64,000 nt of DNA from an uncultured Saprospiraceae bacterium (GCA_964428345.1 CAYRYD010000014.1:28514-92513), one strand, 5' to 3'; counted from the first letter of the stretch, positions 18,441 through 27,686 are shown. The notes: generated from the letters alone by a model not told the origin. Made by a program: numbers and translations.

Positions 18441-19295
18441 TTGAACATAACATATTCACCACCGAACATGATCAACTTCGAACACAGCTCTATTACCAAT
18501 CCTCAATATACCCCCGAAGGAGTGACCAATCTTTCCCTGAAGAGTTCTTATCTGCGGGGAAGAGGTGAGGTTTCGGTTTATCTGCCCGCAACCGGGCGGG
18601 GGACCCGGGATCTGCCCTTTATCATGCTGTTGCATGGGGTGTATGGCAGTCATTTTTCCTGGCTGTATCAGGCCGGAGCCCACCTGGTACTGGAAAAGAT
18701 GCTGGCCAGGAATCTCCTGGATCCTTTTATGCTGGTGATGCCCTCAGATGGGCTGACCGGTGATGGAAGCGGCTATTTACCGCACCTGGATAAAGATCAT
18801 GAGCTATGGATCGCGGAGGATGTCGTAGCCGCCCTGAAATATCATTTCCCGGAGATAAGCGACCAATCCAGAGCCTACATCACCGGATTGTCCATGGGCG
18901 GATATGGAGCCTTAAGGCTGGGGATGAAATATCATGCGATATTCGACGGTATATCCGCTCACTCCTCCATCACTGATCTGGACGATCTTCAAACCTTCAT
19001 CGAAGAAGACAGCCGGACCGCACTTTCTGCCGAAACCATCGCAGCTTCAGCGATCATTACCAATGCGGTTAAATACCGGGATCACCTCCCTCCCATCAGA
19101 CTGGATTGCGGTAATGAAGACCGGCTCATTGAATCGAACCGCAGGCTTCACCGCCAACTGAACGACGCTGGTATTAAGCACCATTATGAAGAATTTGAAG
19201 GCATTCACAACTATGAATACTGGACGAAACATATTGAAGACAGTTTTCACTTCTTTCAGAGACTGGAAGAAGAGAGAAAGTCCAGGAATAAGTGA
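18441..19295 (+). CDS. alpha/beta hydrolase, putative-esterase family
   Basis: 284-aa ORF with the nucleophile elbow GLSMGGYGAL and a general esterase-D-like layout. The track start is TTG; an in-frame ATG is at 18468. Confidence 0.75.
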   Translation: MNITYSPPNMINFEHSSITNPQYTPEGVTNLSLKSSYLRGRGEVSVYLPATGRGTRDLPFIMLLHGVYGSHFSWLYQAGAHLVLEKMLARNLLDPFMLVMPSDGLTGDGSGYLPHLDKDHELWIAEDVVAALKYHFPEISDQSRAYITGLSMGGYGALRLGMKYHAIFDGISAHSSITDLDDLQTFIEEDSRTALSAETIAASAIITNAVKYRDHLPPIRLDCGNEDRLIESNRRLHRQLNDAGIKHHYEEFEGIHNYEYWTKHIEDSFHFFQRLEEERKSRNK

Positions 19296-19342
19296 TTGTT
19301 CTGGTTCATTCCTTTAATGCCCCACATCCCAGCAGGCGATTT

Positions 19343-19930
19343 CTAATCAGCGATTCTAAAGTCAATATCCTTTAGAATCCGGTCGTGGGAGACCGGCAGA
19401 TATTCAATGTGCCCGCTATGTTGCAGAATCAACTCCTTTGCCCCCTGATCGTGCGCGGGAATACGTTGAAGCTCTCCAAAGAAAAAACTGCCAAAAAAAA
19501 CGGGATGACCGCGTTTGCCATCAAAGGTGGGAATGACGATCCGGTCTGGTGCAAAACCTTTCACAAACAGACCGATCAACTCCTGGTAGTCATCGGTCGT
19601 CAGATAGGGCAGATCACCGAGACAGATCATGCAGCCGTCTGCACCTTCCAGATACCGGGCACCCCGGGCTATGGAAGTACTCATACCCAACGCATAACGG
19701 GGATTGTAAACCATCCGGAGTCTCCCTTCGGGCTCAAAGTCTTTCAGTTCGTTTTCAATTTGGGCGGATTGATGTCCGGTGACCACTACCACCCTTTCAA
19801 CATCCGTTTGAATCAGGGCCCCGATTACCCGCCGGATCATGGTCTGATCATCAACCCGTGCCAAGAGCTTATTGGCCTCTCCAAATCTGCGGGACAATCC
19901 GGCAGCAAGAACGATCGCAGCTATCTTCAT
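19343..19930 (-). CDS. MobA/MocA-like nucleotidyltransferase (molybdenum cofactor cytidylyl/guanylyltransferase family)
   Basis: MKIAAIVLAAGLSRRFG..NKLL is the signature N-terminus of this family. I place the start at the ATG at 19930 rather than the track start at 19972. Confidence 0.75.
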   Translation of the reverse strand: MKIAAIVLAAGLSRRFGEANKLLARVDDQTMIRRVIGALIQTDVERVVVVTGHQSAQIENELKDFEPEGRLRMVYNPRYALGMSTSIARGARYLEGADGCMICLGDLPYLTTDDYQELIGLFVKGFAPDRIVIPTFDGKRGHPVFFGSFFFGELQRIPAHDQGAKELILQHSGHIEYLPVSHDRILKDIDFRIAD

Positions 19931-20009
19931 AAAAATTATGGATGTGTATAAAGGGCACTCTAAGATAACCAAAGAGTTACCTTGTTAGTTAGCACGACCT
20001 CGATTCATC

Positions 20010-20280
20010 TTCACTTTGGCCGGACAGAGTCCGTAACTAGTGGATCTGTTCTCCTGCTCCGGACAGAGTCCGGAGCTACTGATTATGTTCTCCTGCTCCG
20101 GACAGAGTCCGGAGATACTGGATTGTTCTCCTGCTCCGGACAGAGTCCGGAGTTACTGGATTGTCCTCTTGCTCCGGACAGAGTCCGGAGATACTGGATA
20201 TGTTCCCATGCTCCGGACAGAGTCCGGAGCTACTGGATCTGTTCTCCTGCTCCGGACAGATCCGGCGCTACCGGATATTT
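20010..20280. repeat. tandem array of about 7 copies of a 38/39-bp unit, each carrying a perfect palindrome
   Basis: Unit consensus: GTTCTCCTGCTCCGGACAGAGTCCGGAGnTACTGGATnT. Five well-conserved copies lie at 20048-20086, 20087-20124, 20125-20162, 20163-20201 and 20202-20240, with degenerate end copies at about 20010-20047 and 20241-20280. Each unit contains CTCCGGAC-AGA-GTCCGGAG (8-9 bp stem, 3-nt loop). There are no spacers. Confidence 0.9.
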
Positions 20281-21347
20281 CAGACAATGAGTACCGAATG
20301 AATCGGGGGCAAAAAAGCCTGGGCATGTTTCCAGGTGGTACCATCATCTGCCGAAATAAACAGGTTACCGGTAGTGGTGCCAAAAACCATCAATCCATTC
20401 TTTCGGTCGAAAGCGTGACGAAAAACCAGATCAAAGCAATGTTCCTGAGGCAGGCCGGTGGTTTGCTTTATCCAGGTCTTTCCCCCGTCTTCGGTTTTGC
20501 AAACCACCAGCCGCAGATCTTTGGCTACCCGCTGATCGTCACTTTCTGCGGGAATGATCCAGGCTTTGAGAGGATCCGTATCGTCAATGACAATGGGAAA
20601 ACCATAGCGACCATACTGATCTTCCGGGGTAACATCCTCCCAGGATTCGGCAGCATCATGACTGATAAAAACACCGCAATGATTTTGTTGCCAGATGGTG
20701 TCCGGATGTTGCCGGCATAACCTGATCGCATGAGGATCGTGGCCATAGGGACCATGGGGATCCGGGAGGTAATCAGCCCTCAGACCCCGATTCTTGGGTG
20801 ACCAGGTCAAGCCGCCATCCCGTGAAACATACACGCCGCCGCAGCTGACTCCGATCAACAGGAAATCCGGATCATCCGGATGGTCCAGGATCGTATGGAT
20901 ACCTGCATGATTTCTGCCTCCCCCAAACCAGTGTTCAACCCGGGTGGGGTGATCCCAAAGCGATTCATTGAGCTGAAAGGTGACACCACCATCACGGCTC
21001 TCAAACAACCCCCCGGGTTCGGTACCTACCCAGAGTTTTCCCTGACGGTCATGGTAAAGGGCGCTCCAGATCAAACGCAGGGTTGCCGGTTTGCCCGGTC
21101 CAATCATGCTCCCTTCCGGATATAGGGGCGCTGCCACTTCCTGCCATTTCCGGCCTGCATCGTCTGACCGGAAAAGTTTGGGTCCCCAGTGCTTCATTGA
21201 CAATCCAATCCACATCATGCCGGTATTTCCATCCTGATGGATCATCGACACCGGCAACCCCCTGAAATCCAAACCTTCGAGGTGAATGCCGTCATTCCGG
21301 TATCCAAATTCCAGCAATCCTTTCGTAGTACCCAGCAAAATCTTCAT
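20280..21347 (-). CDS. BNR/Asp-box repeat beta-propeller protein (Ycf48/sialidase-like fold)
   Basis: 355-aa ORF with repeated SxDxGxTW-type Asp-boxes: SDDAGRKW, SRDGGVTF, SRDGGLTW, TEDGGKTW, SADDGTTW. Confidence 0.8.
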   Translation of the reverse strand: MKILLGTTKGLLEFGYRNDGIHLEGLDFRGLPVSMIHQDGNTGMMWIGLSMKHWGPKLFRSDDAGRKWQEVAAPLYPEGSMIGPGKPATLRLIWSALYHDRQGKLWVGTEPGGLFESRDGGVTFQLNESLWDHPTRVEHWFGGGRNHAGIHTILDHPDDPDFLLIGVSCGGVYVSRDGGLTWSPKNRGLRADYLPDPHGPYGHDPHAIRLCRQHPDTIWQQNHCGVFISHDAAESWEDVTPEDQYGRYGFPIVIDDTDPLKAWIIPAESDDQRVAKDLRLVVCKTEDGGKTWIKQTTGLPQEHCFDLVFRHAFDRKNGLMVFGTTTGNLFISADDGTTWKHAQAFLPPIHSVLIV

Positions 21348-21410
21348 CGGTCAGTACATTGTTTGCGAAAGGTAAACATTCAATGGACTAAAATCCAATT
21401 ATCGCTGCGG

Positions 21411-21782
21411 TCACTCCTCTGTCTTAAACTCCGGATTGTAGATCAGACCGATGATGTTTCCCCACGGATCTTTTACGCTGGCTACCACAATATCTCCGCC
21501 CACATTTGTCGGTCGCTCATAGATGGTTGCCCCGAGATCCAGGATCCGGTCAAACTCGGGAACAATGGCAGAGACGCCCCAATAGGTGATCACACTTGCG
21601 GGTTTCTCCTCAACCGGTTTTTCTTCCGGTTGGAGGCCCAACTCATAGCCCTTGATGTTAAACCCCACATAAAAAGGTTCGTCAAAATAAGGCGTTGTCT
21701 GAAAGACTTTTTCATACCATTTTTTTGCCTTTTCAAGATCTCCGACCTGGTAGATAGTTGTTCTTAATCCCAGTATGCCCAT
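21411..21782 (-). CDS. VOC (glyoxalase/bleomycin-resistance/dioxygenase) family protein
   Basis: 123-aa ORF. The N-terminus ...TIYQVGDLEKAKKWYEKVF and the C-terminus DPWGNIIGL are typical of VOC proteins. Confidence 0.8.
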   Translation of the reverse strand: MGILGLRTTIYQVGDLEKAKKWYEKVFQTTPYFDEPFYVGFNIKGYELGLQPEEKPVEEKPASVITYWGVSAIVPEFDRILDLGATIYERPTNVGGDIVVASVKDPWGNIIGLIYNPEFKTEE

Positions 21783-21977
21783 GTTTAGTTTTTTCTTTTA
21801 ATCAACTTTTCTCCGCAAGCAATCTTCCAACCAACTGCCGTATTTTGGGGTGAAAATTCCCAGTATTCAAGTGTTGCATCGCATTTTCTTCCGGTATTTC
21901 TCCCCTGGCCTGGCAGTACCAACCGGATAAAATTAGTGGAATCTTTTTAAGATATTTGTTCATAGCTCTTATATTAA

Positions 21978-23177
21978 TTGCAGGTGACCGATCATAAGAA
22001 GGATTTTCCCATTTTTTTTTCCAGGCCCCATATTTACCTGGATTCGGCTGCTACTTCCCACAAACCCCAAATGGTCATCGATGCGGTATCGGAGTTTTAT
22101 ACCGGTCAATACGGCACGGTGAGACGGGGCTTGTATCGGTTATCTTCCGAGGCCACCCAACTTTTTGAATCAACCCGTTCGCTCATCAGTGATTTCATCG
22201 GCGCTCCGGATCCTGCAGGTATCATCTTTACGTCAGGCACGACCGAGAGCATCAACCTGGTGGCCCATGCTTACCTACGGCCTGTTCTGCGGCCTGGTGA
22301 TGAGATCATCATCAGCATTCTGGAGCATCACGCCAACTTGCTCCCCTGGCAACAGCTGGCCAAAGAGAAAGAAGCAAAACTGATCATCCTTCCACTCGAT
22401 GCGACCGGAGACATTGACATGGATACCTTTAGAAAGCATTTGAATATAAAAACCCGGATGGTGGCGATCAGCCATATTTCCAATGTGACCGGTGGTATCA
22501 ACCCGGTTAAGGAAATCATAGCCATAGCCCATGGATACAATGCCAAAGTACTGATCGACGGGGCGCAAAGCGTCAGTCATCTGCCGGTAAATGTATCGGA
22601 TCTGGATTGTGATTTCTTTGCTTTTTCAGGACACAAGATTTACGGTCCGACCGGCACCGGAGTCCTTTATGGAAAACCCGATTTACTGAATGCCATGCCA
22701 CCGTACCGGTACGGGGGAGAAATGGTCCTGGAAGCCACTAATGAATACGCCAGTTTCAAGCAATCTCCCCACCGTTTTGAAGCCGGCACACCCAATATTG
22801 CCGGGGTCATTGGTATGGGAGCGGCCATCCGTTTTCTCCAATCCACCGGCATAGAACAGATCCGGAAATATGAGTACGAACTGACTTCGTATCTGGTGGA
22901 ATCCCTTAATACAGCGGGGATCAAAATAGTTGGCAACCCCAAAAAACGTTCTTCCCTGGTTTCTTTTCTGGTTGATGACGTGCATCCCCACGATGTGGCG
23001 ACTCTGTTGGATAATGAAGGCATCGCAGTGAGAGCGGGACATCATTGTGCCCAACCCCTGATGCGTTATTTAAATGTCCACGCAACCGTGCGGGCTTCTC
23101 TGGGCTGGTACAATGACAGGCAGGATATCGACCGGTTAATGGCAGGAATTGAAAAAGTCCGAAAAATCATGCAATGA
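21978..23177 (+). CDS. sufS: cysteine desulfurase, SufS type (class V aminotransferase)
   Basis: 399-aa ORF with the PLP-lysine motif FSGHKIYGPTGTGVLYG, RAGHHCAQP, and the RFEAGTPNI loop. TTG start. Confidence 0.92.
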   Translation: MQVTDHKKDFPIFFSRPHIYLDSAATSHKPQMVIDAVSEFYTGQYGTVRRGLYRLSSEATQLFESTRSLISDFIGAPDPAGIIFTSGTTESINLVAHAYLRPVLRPGDEIIISILEHHANLLPWQQLAKEKEAKLIILPLDATGDIDMDTFRKHLNIKTRMVAISHISNVTGGINPVKEIIAIAHGYNAKVLIDGAQSVSHLPVNVSDLDCDFFAFSGHKIYGPTGTGVLYGKPDLLNAMPPYRYGGEMVLEATNEYASFKQSPHRFEAGTPNIAGVIGMGAAIRFLQSTGIEQIRKYEYELTSYLVESLNTAGIKIVGNPKKRSSLVSFLVDDVHPHDVATLLDNEGIAVRAGHHCAQPLMRYLNVHATVRASLGWYNDRQDIDRLMAGIEKVRKIMQ

Positions 23178-23635
23178 GCGAAGCAGATTTGTATCATCCC
23201 CTGATCATCAACCGGAACAAAGCACCCTTATTTTACGAAAAAATACAAACAGGTGTTTTATTGAATGCGTACAATCCGGTATGCGGAGATGATTTTGCGA
23301 TCGCGATTCAAATGAAAAATGACCAGATAGACCACATTGCCTTCGGGGGTTATGGTTGTGCGGTATCGAAAGCGGCCATTGATCTGTTGATTGAACGACT
23401 TCTGGGTTTGGAAGTCGATCAGGCGATATCCGAAATTAATTACTACCTTAAAATCATTGATCTGGATGTACCTCCAACGGTTGAGGAATATCCGCTGGCG
23501 GTCTTTCAAAAAGTAAAATATTACCCTTTCCGCAGAGAGTGCGCGGTGCTCGGGGCAAATTCGTTACTCACATTTCTGCATGACTATAAAAAAATAAACA
23601 AAAATGACCAGTCGTCGAATTTTTCTGAAAAATAG
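23174..23635 (+). CDS. sufU: SufU/IscU-like Fe-S cluster assembly (sulfur acceptor) protein
   Basis: 153-aa ORF with an ATGA overlap with sufS. Three conserved Cys contexts: NPVCGDD, GYGCAVSKA and RRECAVL. Confidence 0.85.
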   Translation: MSEADLYHPLIINRNKAPLFYEKIQTGVLLNAYNPVCGDDFAIAIQMKNDQIDHIAFGGYGCAVSKAAIDLLIERLLGLEVDQAISEINYYLKIIDLDVPPTVEEYPLAVFQKVKYYPFRRECAVLGANSLLTFLHDYKKINKNDQSSNFSEK

Positions 23636-24554
23636 CTCCATCATGATTGCGACCACAGCAGCTGCCGGCTCTTTTGCTTTTTCCGGTCAGGCTGCCCCGG
23701 TCAAATGCAGAATCTGTCTGAATCCGGGAAATATCGGGGTCTCCTACGATCAGGCCACCTTACTGGATATGGCCATCAAATATGGTTATCAGGCCATTGC
23801 TCCCTATCCGGGAGAACTGGAAAAAATGGATCCGGAGCTGAAAGCTAAGCTGCTGGATAAAATGAAGACCCATGATATCACCTGGGGTTCGACCAATTTA
23901 CCGGTAGATTTTCGTAACGATGAAAAAAAATTCAGGGAAGATATGGCCAGTCTGGCGCAAACCGCAGCAGTGCTGGAAAGTGTGGGCGGTACCCGGATGA
24001 ATACCTGGATTATGCCCACCCATGCCCTCTATACCTATAATGAAAACTTCCGTTTACATCGCAACCGGTTAAAGGAAGCCGCCAATATCATTGGTCACTA
24101 TGGTATCCGGCTTGGTTTGGAATATGTAGGGCCCAAAACCCTGATGGCCCGCAGCAAGTATTCATTCATTCGCACCATGGCTGAAGCCAAAGAACTGATC
24201 GCGGCGATGGATGAATCGAATGTGGGTTTTGTACTCGACACCTTTCACTGGTATTGTGCCGGCGAGTCAAAAACAGATATTCTGACACTGGAAAACAAAG
24301 ATATCGTCACTGTCGATCTGAATGATGCCCGGCTCGGTTTTACGGCCGATGAGCAAACGGATGGCAAGCGGGAATTACCACTGGCGACCGGTGTAATTCC
24401 GATCAAGGAATTTATGGAAGGTATTGTTCAAATTGGCTATGACGGACCGGTTCGCGCAGAACCCTTTAATCAGCCATTGCGGGATATGGAAGATGAAGCA
24501 GCCGTCAAAACCACTTACGATGCGATGAGAAAAGCCTTTGATCTGGTGAGTTAG
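23604..24554 (+). CDS. Tat-exported sugar phosphate isomerase/epimerase (xylose isomerase-like TIM barrel), paralog 2
   Basis: 316-aa ORF with a canonical twin-arginine leader (MTSRRIFLKNSS...AFSGQA). TIM-barrel motifs include GLEYVGP, VLDTFHWY and a C-terminal ...RAEPFN. The start overlaps the sufU end by 32 nt. Confidence 0.8.
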   Translation: MTSRRIFLKNSSIMIATTAAAGSFAFSGQAAPVKCRICLNPGNIGVSYDQATLLDMAIKYGYQAIAPYPGELEKMDPELKAKLLDKMKTHDITWGSTNLPVDFRNDEKKFREDMASLAQTAAVLESVGGTRMNTWIMPTHALYTYNENFRLHRNRLKEAANIIGHYGIRLGLEYVGPKTLMARSKYSFIRTMAEAKELIAAMDESNVGFVLDTFHWYCAGESKTDILTLENKDIVTVDLNDARLGFTADEQTDGKRELPLATGVIPIKEFMEGIVQIGYDGPVRAEPFNQPLRDMEDEAAVKTTYDAMRKAFDLVS

Positions 24555-24584
24555 CCCCACCGGTTACAGGTCAGCCGGCAGAGA

Positions 24585-25592
24585 TTAGGCTTTATTCTTT
24601 ACCTTGATAATTTCGGCCATAATACTCAGGGCAATTTCCGCCGGACTTGCGGCCCCGATATCCAGGCCGATAGGCCCTTTGATTGAATCAATTTTTTCCT
24701 GAGTGAACCCGGCATCCAACAACCGGCTGATTCTTTTCTGATGTGTTTTTTTACTCCCCAGGGCACCGATGTAAGCCACCCCGGAATTTAAAAGGATGTG
24801 GAGTGCCTGATCGTCAATTTTAGGGTCATGGGTCAGTAATACAGCGAAGACTGAATCGTTTAGATTAATTTCGGGCAAGGCATCCGCCGGCCACCGTCGC
24901 ATTAATGCTTTCTCCGTTACCAAATCCTGGAGACTTTCATAAAACAATCCACGTGGATCGATGACCGTGATTTTAAAATCCTGCAGCTTTGCCAGCGTAA
25001 TCAAATCCCGGGTAATATGAGCAGCACCAATGATGACAAGATGGTTTTTAGGAGGGAATACATGAAAAAAATACTCCTGATCTCCCAATTGTTCTTTCTG
25101 ACTTATTTTATACTGCAGGATAACAGCCGCTTTCTCATAAATCGTATCCTCCAGTGTTCCCAACTGAGTTTCATCCGTATAAAATCCGAGGGTCTCATCT
25201 CCATATATCAGTATACAACCATGGTCTTCAGAAAGACACCGTTCAAACTGGTGCCAGATCATTGTCCCATCGCTCGTGCGATTAAAAAAAGGCTGTACCA
25301 ACACGGAAATTGCCCCACCACAACTCAGACCGACGGACCAGGCCTCATCGTTCGAGACGCCAAATTTTAGTTTTTTGGGTTTCCCGGTCTGTAAGACTTC
25401 CTTTGCAGACTTCACTACCTGCCCTTCCACACAGCCGCCACTCACTGATCCAATCATTTTTCCCGTTTCATCGACAATCATACAGGCGCCCACCCCTCGG
25501 GGTGCCGATCTCCAGGTTTCTGTCACGGTTGCTAAAGCAAATTCTTTTCCGCTGTCGAGCCAGTTTCTGATATCTTGGAGAATATCCAGCAT
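24585..25592 (-). CDS. XdhC/CoxI family molybdoenzyme maturation factor
   Basis: 335-aa ORF with ALATVTETWRSAPRGVGACMIVDETGKMIGSVSGGCVE and a C-terminal Rossmann-like LVIIGAAHI...GLDIGA. Confidence 0.85.
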   Translation of the reverse strand: MLDILQDIRNWLDSGKEFALATVTETWRSAPRGVGACMIVDETGKMIGSVSGGCVEGQVVKSAKEVLQTGKPKKLKFGVSNDEAWSVGLSCGGAISVLVQPFFNRTSDGTMIWHQFERCLSEDHGCILIYGDETLGFYTDETQLGTLEDTIYEKAAVILQYKISQKEQLGDQEYFFHVFPPKNHLVIIGAAHITRDLITLAKLQDFKITVIDPRGLFYESLQDLVTEKALMRRWPADALPEINLNDSVFAVLLTHDPKIDDQALHILLNSGVAYIGALGSKKTHQKRISRLLDAGFTQEKIDSIKGPIGLDIGAASPAEIALSIMAEIIKVKNKA

Positions 25593-25772
25593 TGTTTGGA
25601 AATTTATCTGATTTTATAAAAAATAAACTTTCACGTTCATGTGTTCATTAAAGTCGAAAGGAATTAGTATTTCTTCATCCAATTAACAGAAAAAGTGGTT
25701 TGGAGTCTTATGCTGATTCTATCAATAGATTTTTCTGCTCAAGTGCATCATTAAATAATAACTCATTCAAAC

Positions 25773-26732
25773 TCATTCTTGATTATTACTGAGCCATATT
25801 ACTTTTTGTTCCGACACATTTTCCTGCCCCAGGATATTCCGGTACAACTCCGGTTTTCTGGCCATCAGATAACGGTGACCACCGGCCTGGGTCAACTTCT
25901 CCCGGGTTAGCGTGGCGATGGTCACGTCGTCACCCAGTACACGGCATTCGGTCAAAACGTCACCAAAAGGGTCAATGATCATCGAACATCCATTCTTAAG
26001 CTGATCGTCATCCATGCCGATTGGATTGGAGAATACGACGTATACCGCATTGTCATAGGCTCGCGCAGGCAACCATTTCATCAGCCAGTCCCGCCCTTTC
26101 ATACCATCAAATTCGAGGCGAAGGGAAGTGGGATCATTCTCCCGGTTTTCCCAAAGGGCCGGATCGACAAATCCTGCACCGGGCCGGGTAGAGGGCGTAC
26201 ACATCGTAACATGCGGCATCAGAATGATTTCGGCGCCCAATAACCTGGTTGCCCGCACATTCTCGATAATATTATTATCATAGCAAATTAAAATACCAAA
26301 TTTCCAACCGTAGAGATCAAAAACAACATATTCATTGCCGGGTAGAATATGGGGATTGATAAACGGATGAATTTTTCGATAGCGAGCGATCAGTCCGTCT
26401 TTGTTAACACCTACATAGGCTTTATAAAGTCCGCCGTCCCGGTCTTTCTCGAAAAGTCCGGCGAAGACGACAATATCGTTTTCCCGGGCAATTTCCGTCA
26501 ATTGCCGGATACTATCGCCTTCCGGCAGGTATTCAGCCAGATCCAGCATCTGTTCTTTGGAAAGATGCCTTGCAAAGGTATATCCGGTGATGCTGCACTC
26601 GTGGAAGGCAATGACCCGGGCTCCTTTCGATGCGGCATCCTGTGACAACCGGTGGATCACTGCCAAATTATACACTTTGTCACCACTCCTGTTTTCAAAT
26701 TGGGCAGTGGCAACTCTCAGATTGTTCATCAT
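25773..26732 (-). CDS. carbon-nitrogen hydrolase (nitrilase superfamily)
   Basis: RVATAQF..., AFHECSITGY (catalytic Glu) and the ICYD Cys context. I place the start at MMNNL (26732) rather than the track start at 26768. Confidence 0.85.
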   Translation of the reverse strand: MMNNLRVATAQFENRSGDKVYNLAVIHRLSQDAASKGARVIAFHECSITGYTFARHLSKEQMLDLAEYLPEGDSIRQLTEIARENDIVVFAGLFEKDRDGGLYKAYVGVNKDGLIARYRKIHPFINPHILPGNEYVVFDLYGWKFGILICYDNNIIENVRATRLLGAEIILMPHVTMCTPSTRPGAGFVDPALWENRENDPTSLRLEFDGMKGRDWLMKWLPARAYDNAVYVVFSNPIGMDDDQLKNGCSMIIDPFGDVLTECRVLGDDVTIATLTREKLTQAGGHRYLMARKPELYRNILGQENVSEQKVIWLSNNQE

Positions 26733-26915
26733 CTTACCTTGATTCGACAAGCATTTAAAGATCATCAAATGTACATAAACTCATGATGAACCTGGATGAA
26801 AGGGAAACAGTCTCGTTCTTATTCCGGAAAAAAGAACTGTGACATTCTTAGCCGGATTGAAGACAAAAATAACAGCAGAAAAATCAAAGATGCCATAAAA
26901 AGTACGCATTGAAAC

Positions 26916-27383
26916 CTAATCGGATTCGAAGGTGAGCGAGACAATCTTCCAGGTACCATCGTGCTTTAAAAGGGAAAACAAATCGGTACCCTGCCATTCC
27001 GACAGATGCTGTTCGGTTCCGAAAATCGCATTATATCTGGCCCATACCCGGGCGAGATTACCGCGGACCTCGATCTCCGCACTCAAGAGTCTCTCTTCGA
27101 ACACCGGTTGACTGTCCGGTCCATCCGGTGTCTGACGGATGAATTCATCGATCGTCACATTATGCACTTTCGACACCGTATCACCGGGTTTCTGCCAGAC
27201 CGTGGTAATGGTGCCACCCTCCCAGAAATAGGTCCTGAAAGTGATCCAGTCCCGGCTACTGAAATCTTTGTAATAATTTTCAATAAATCTCCGGATGATA
27301 TCCTCTTCCCCGGATCTGTCGACAAACTGACAACCAAACAGACTCATCGTCATTACACCAACAATGACCAGAAATCTTTTCAT
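26916..27383 (-). CDS. NTF2/SnoaL-like (DUF4440-like) lipoprotein
   Basis: Signal/lipobox MKRFLVIVGVMTMSLFGC. The size and pattern (RFIENYYKDFSSRDW..., ...DGTWKIVSLTF) fit an NTF2-like fold. Start moved to the ATG at 27383. Confidence 0.5.
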   Translation of the reverse strand: MKRFLVIVGVMTMSLFGCQFVDRSGEEDIIRRFIENYYKDFSSRDWITFRTYFWEGGTITTVWQKPGDTVSKVHNVTIDEFIRQTPDGPDSQPVFEERLLSAEIEVRGNLARVWARYNAIFGTEQHLSEWQGTDLFSLLKHDGTWKIVSLTFESD

Positions 27384-27425
27384 GCAATATGGGTTCATTC
27401 AGTCTTCCTTACTTCAGTTGATAGA

Positions 27426-27443
27426 AATGGTGCAGGCACCATT
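27426..27443. promoter_or_regulatory. 18-bp palindrome AATGGTGC-AG-GCACCATT in a divergent intergenic region
   Basis: Perfect 8-bp arms separated by 2 nt, lying between divergently oriented genes that start at 27383 (-) and 27687 (+). Confidence 0.2.
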
Positions 27444-27686
27444 ATCTCATCAGTACTGTCGGGATTCTTTCAGTAAAGTTAATAGATTCTCATTTTTGAT
27501 GTCATGATTACCGGTTTAAACATTGCCGGTGTGGCTCGGTTATTCAATCCAACTCAGAACCTGGGATGTACAAGAGTGGGGCCGGTAATTCACCAATTTT
27601 TCTCCGGAATAATCAGTAATTTACTCTTGCATTCGTTGACTTGCATCCAAAAATCTGCAACCAATTTTTATTCTACCCGACCAGAT

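Noticed and set aside
17252-19295. The Zn-ADH plus esterase pair as a glutathione-dependent formaldehyde detoxification operon (frmA/frmB).
   Set aside because: The ADH is only generically MDR-type by eye. The esterase has GLSMGG rather than the S-formylglutathione hydrolase GHSMGG context, and its N-terminal region differs. That is not enough to name the pathway without a database search.
20010-20280. Possible CRISPR array, given regular repeats of about 38 bp with an internal palindrome.
   Set aside because: The units are directly abutting with no unique spacers between them. No cas genes or leader are nearby. It is a tandem repeat, not a CRISPR array.
19982-20720. Plus-strand ORFs of 102 aa and 226 aa with reiterated SGQSPELL/APDRVRSYW peptides.
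   Set aside because: They are read-through translations of the 38/39-bp tandem repeat, whose unit length is not a multiple of 3. The second ORF then runs antisense to the well-supported BNR-propeller gene.
27504-27686. 5' extensions of track ORFs: 27504 for TIM-barrel paralog 3, 42119 for the Omp85 gene, 53785 for the FG-GAP gene, 19972 for the MocA-like gene, 37136 for the glyoxalase-like gene and 26768 for the nitrilase-family gene.
   Set aside because: In each case an internal ATG is immediately followed by a signal, Tat or lipoprotein leader, or by the conserved family N-terminus. The extension either has no such feature or overlaps the upstream gene.
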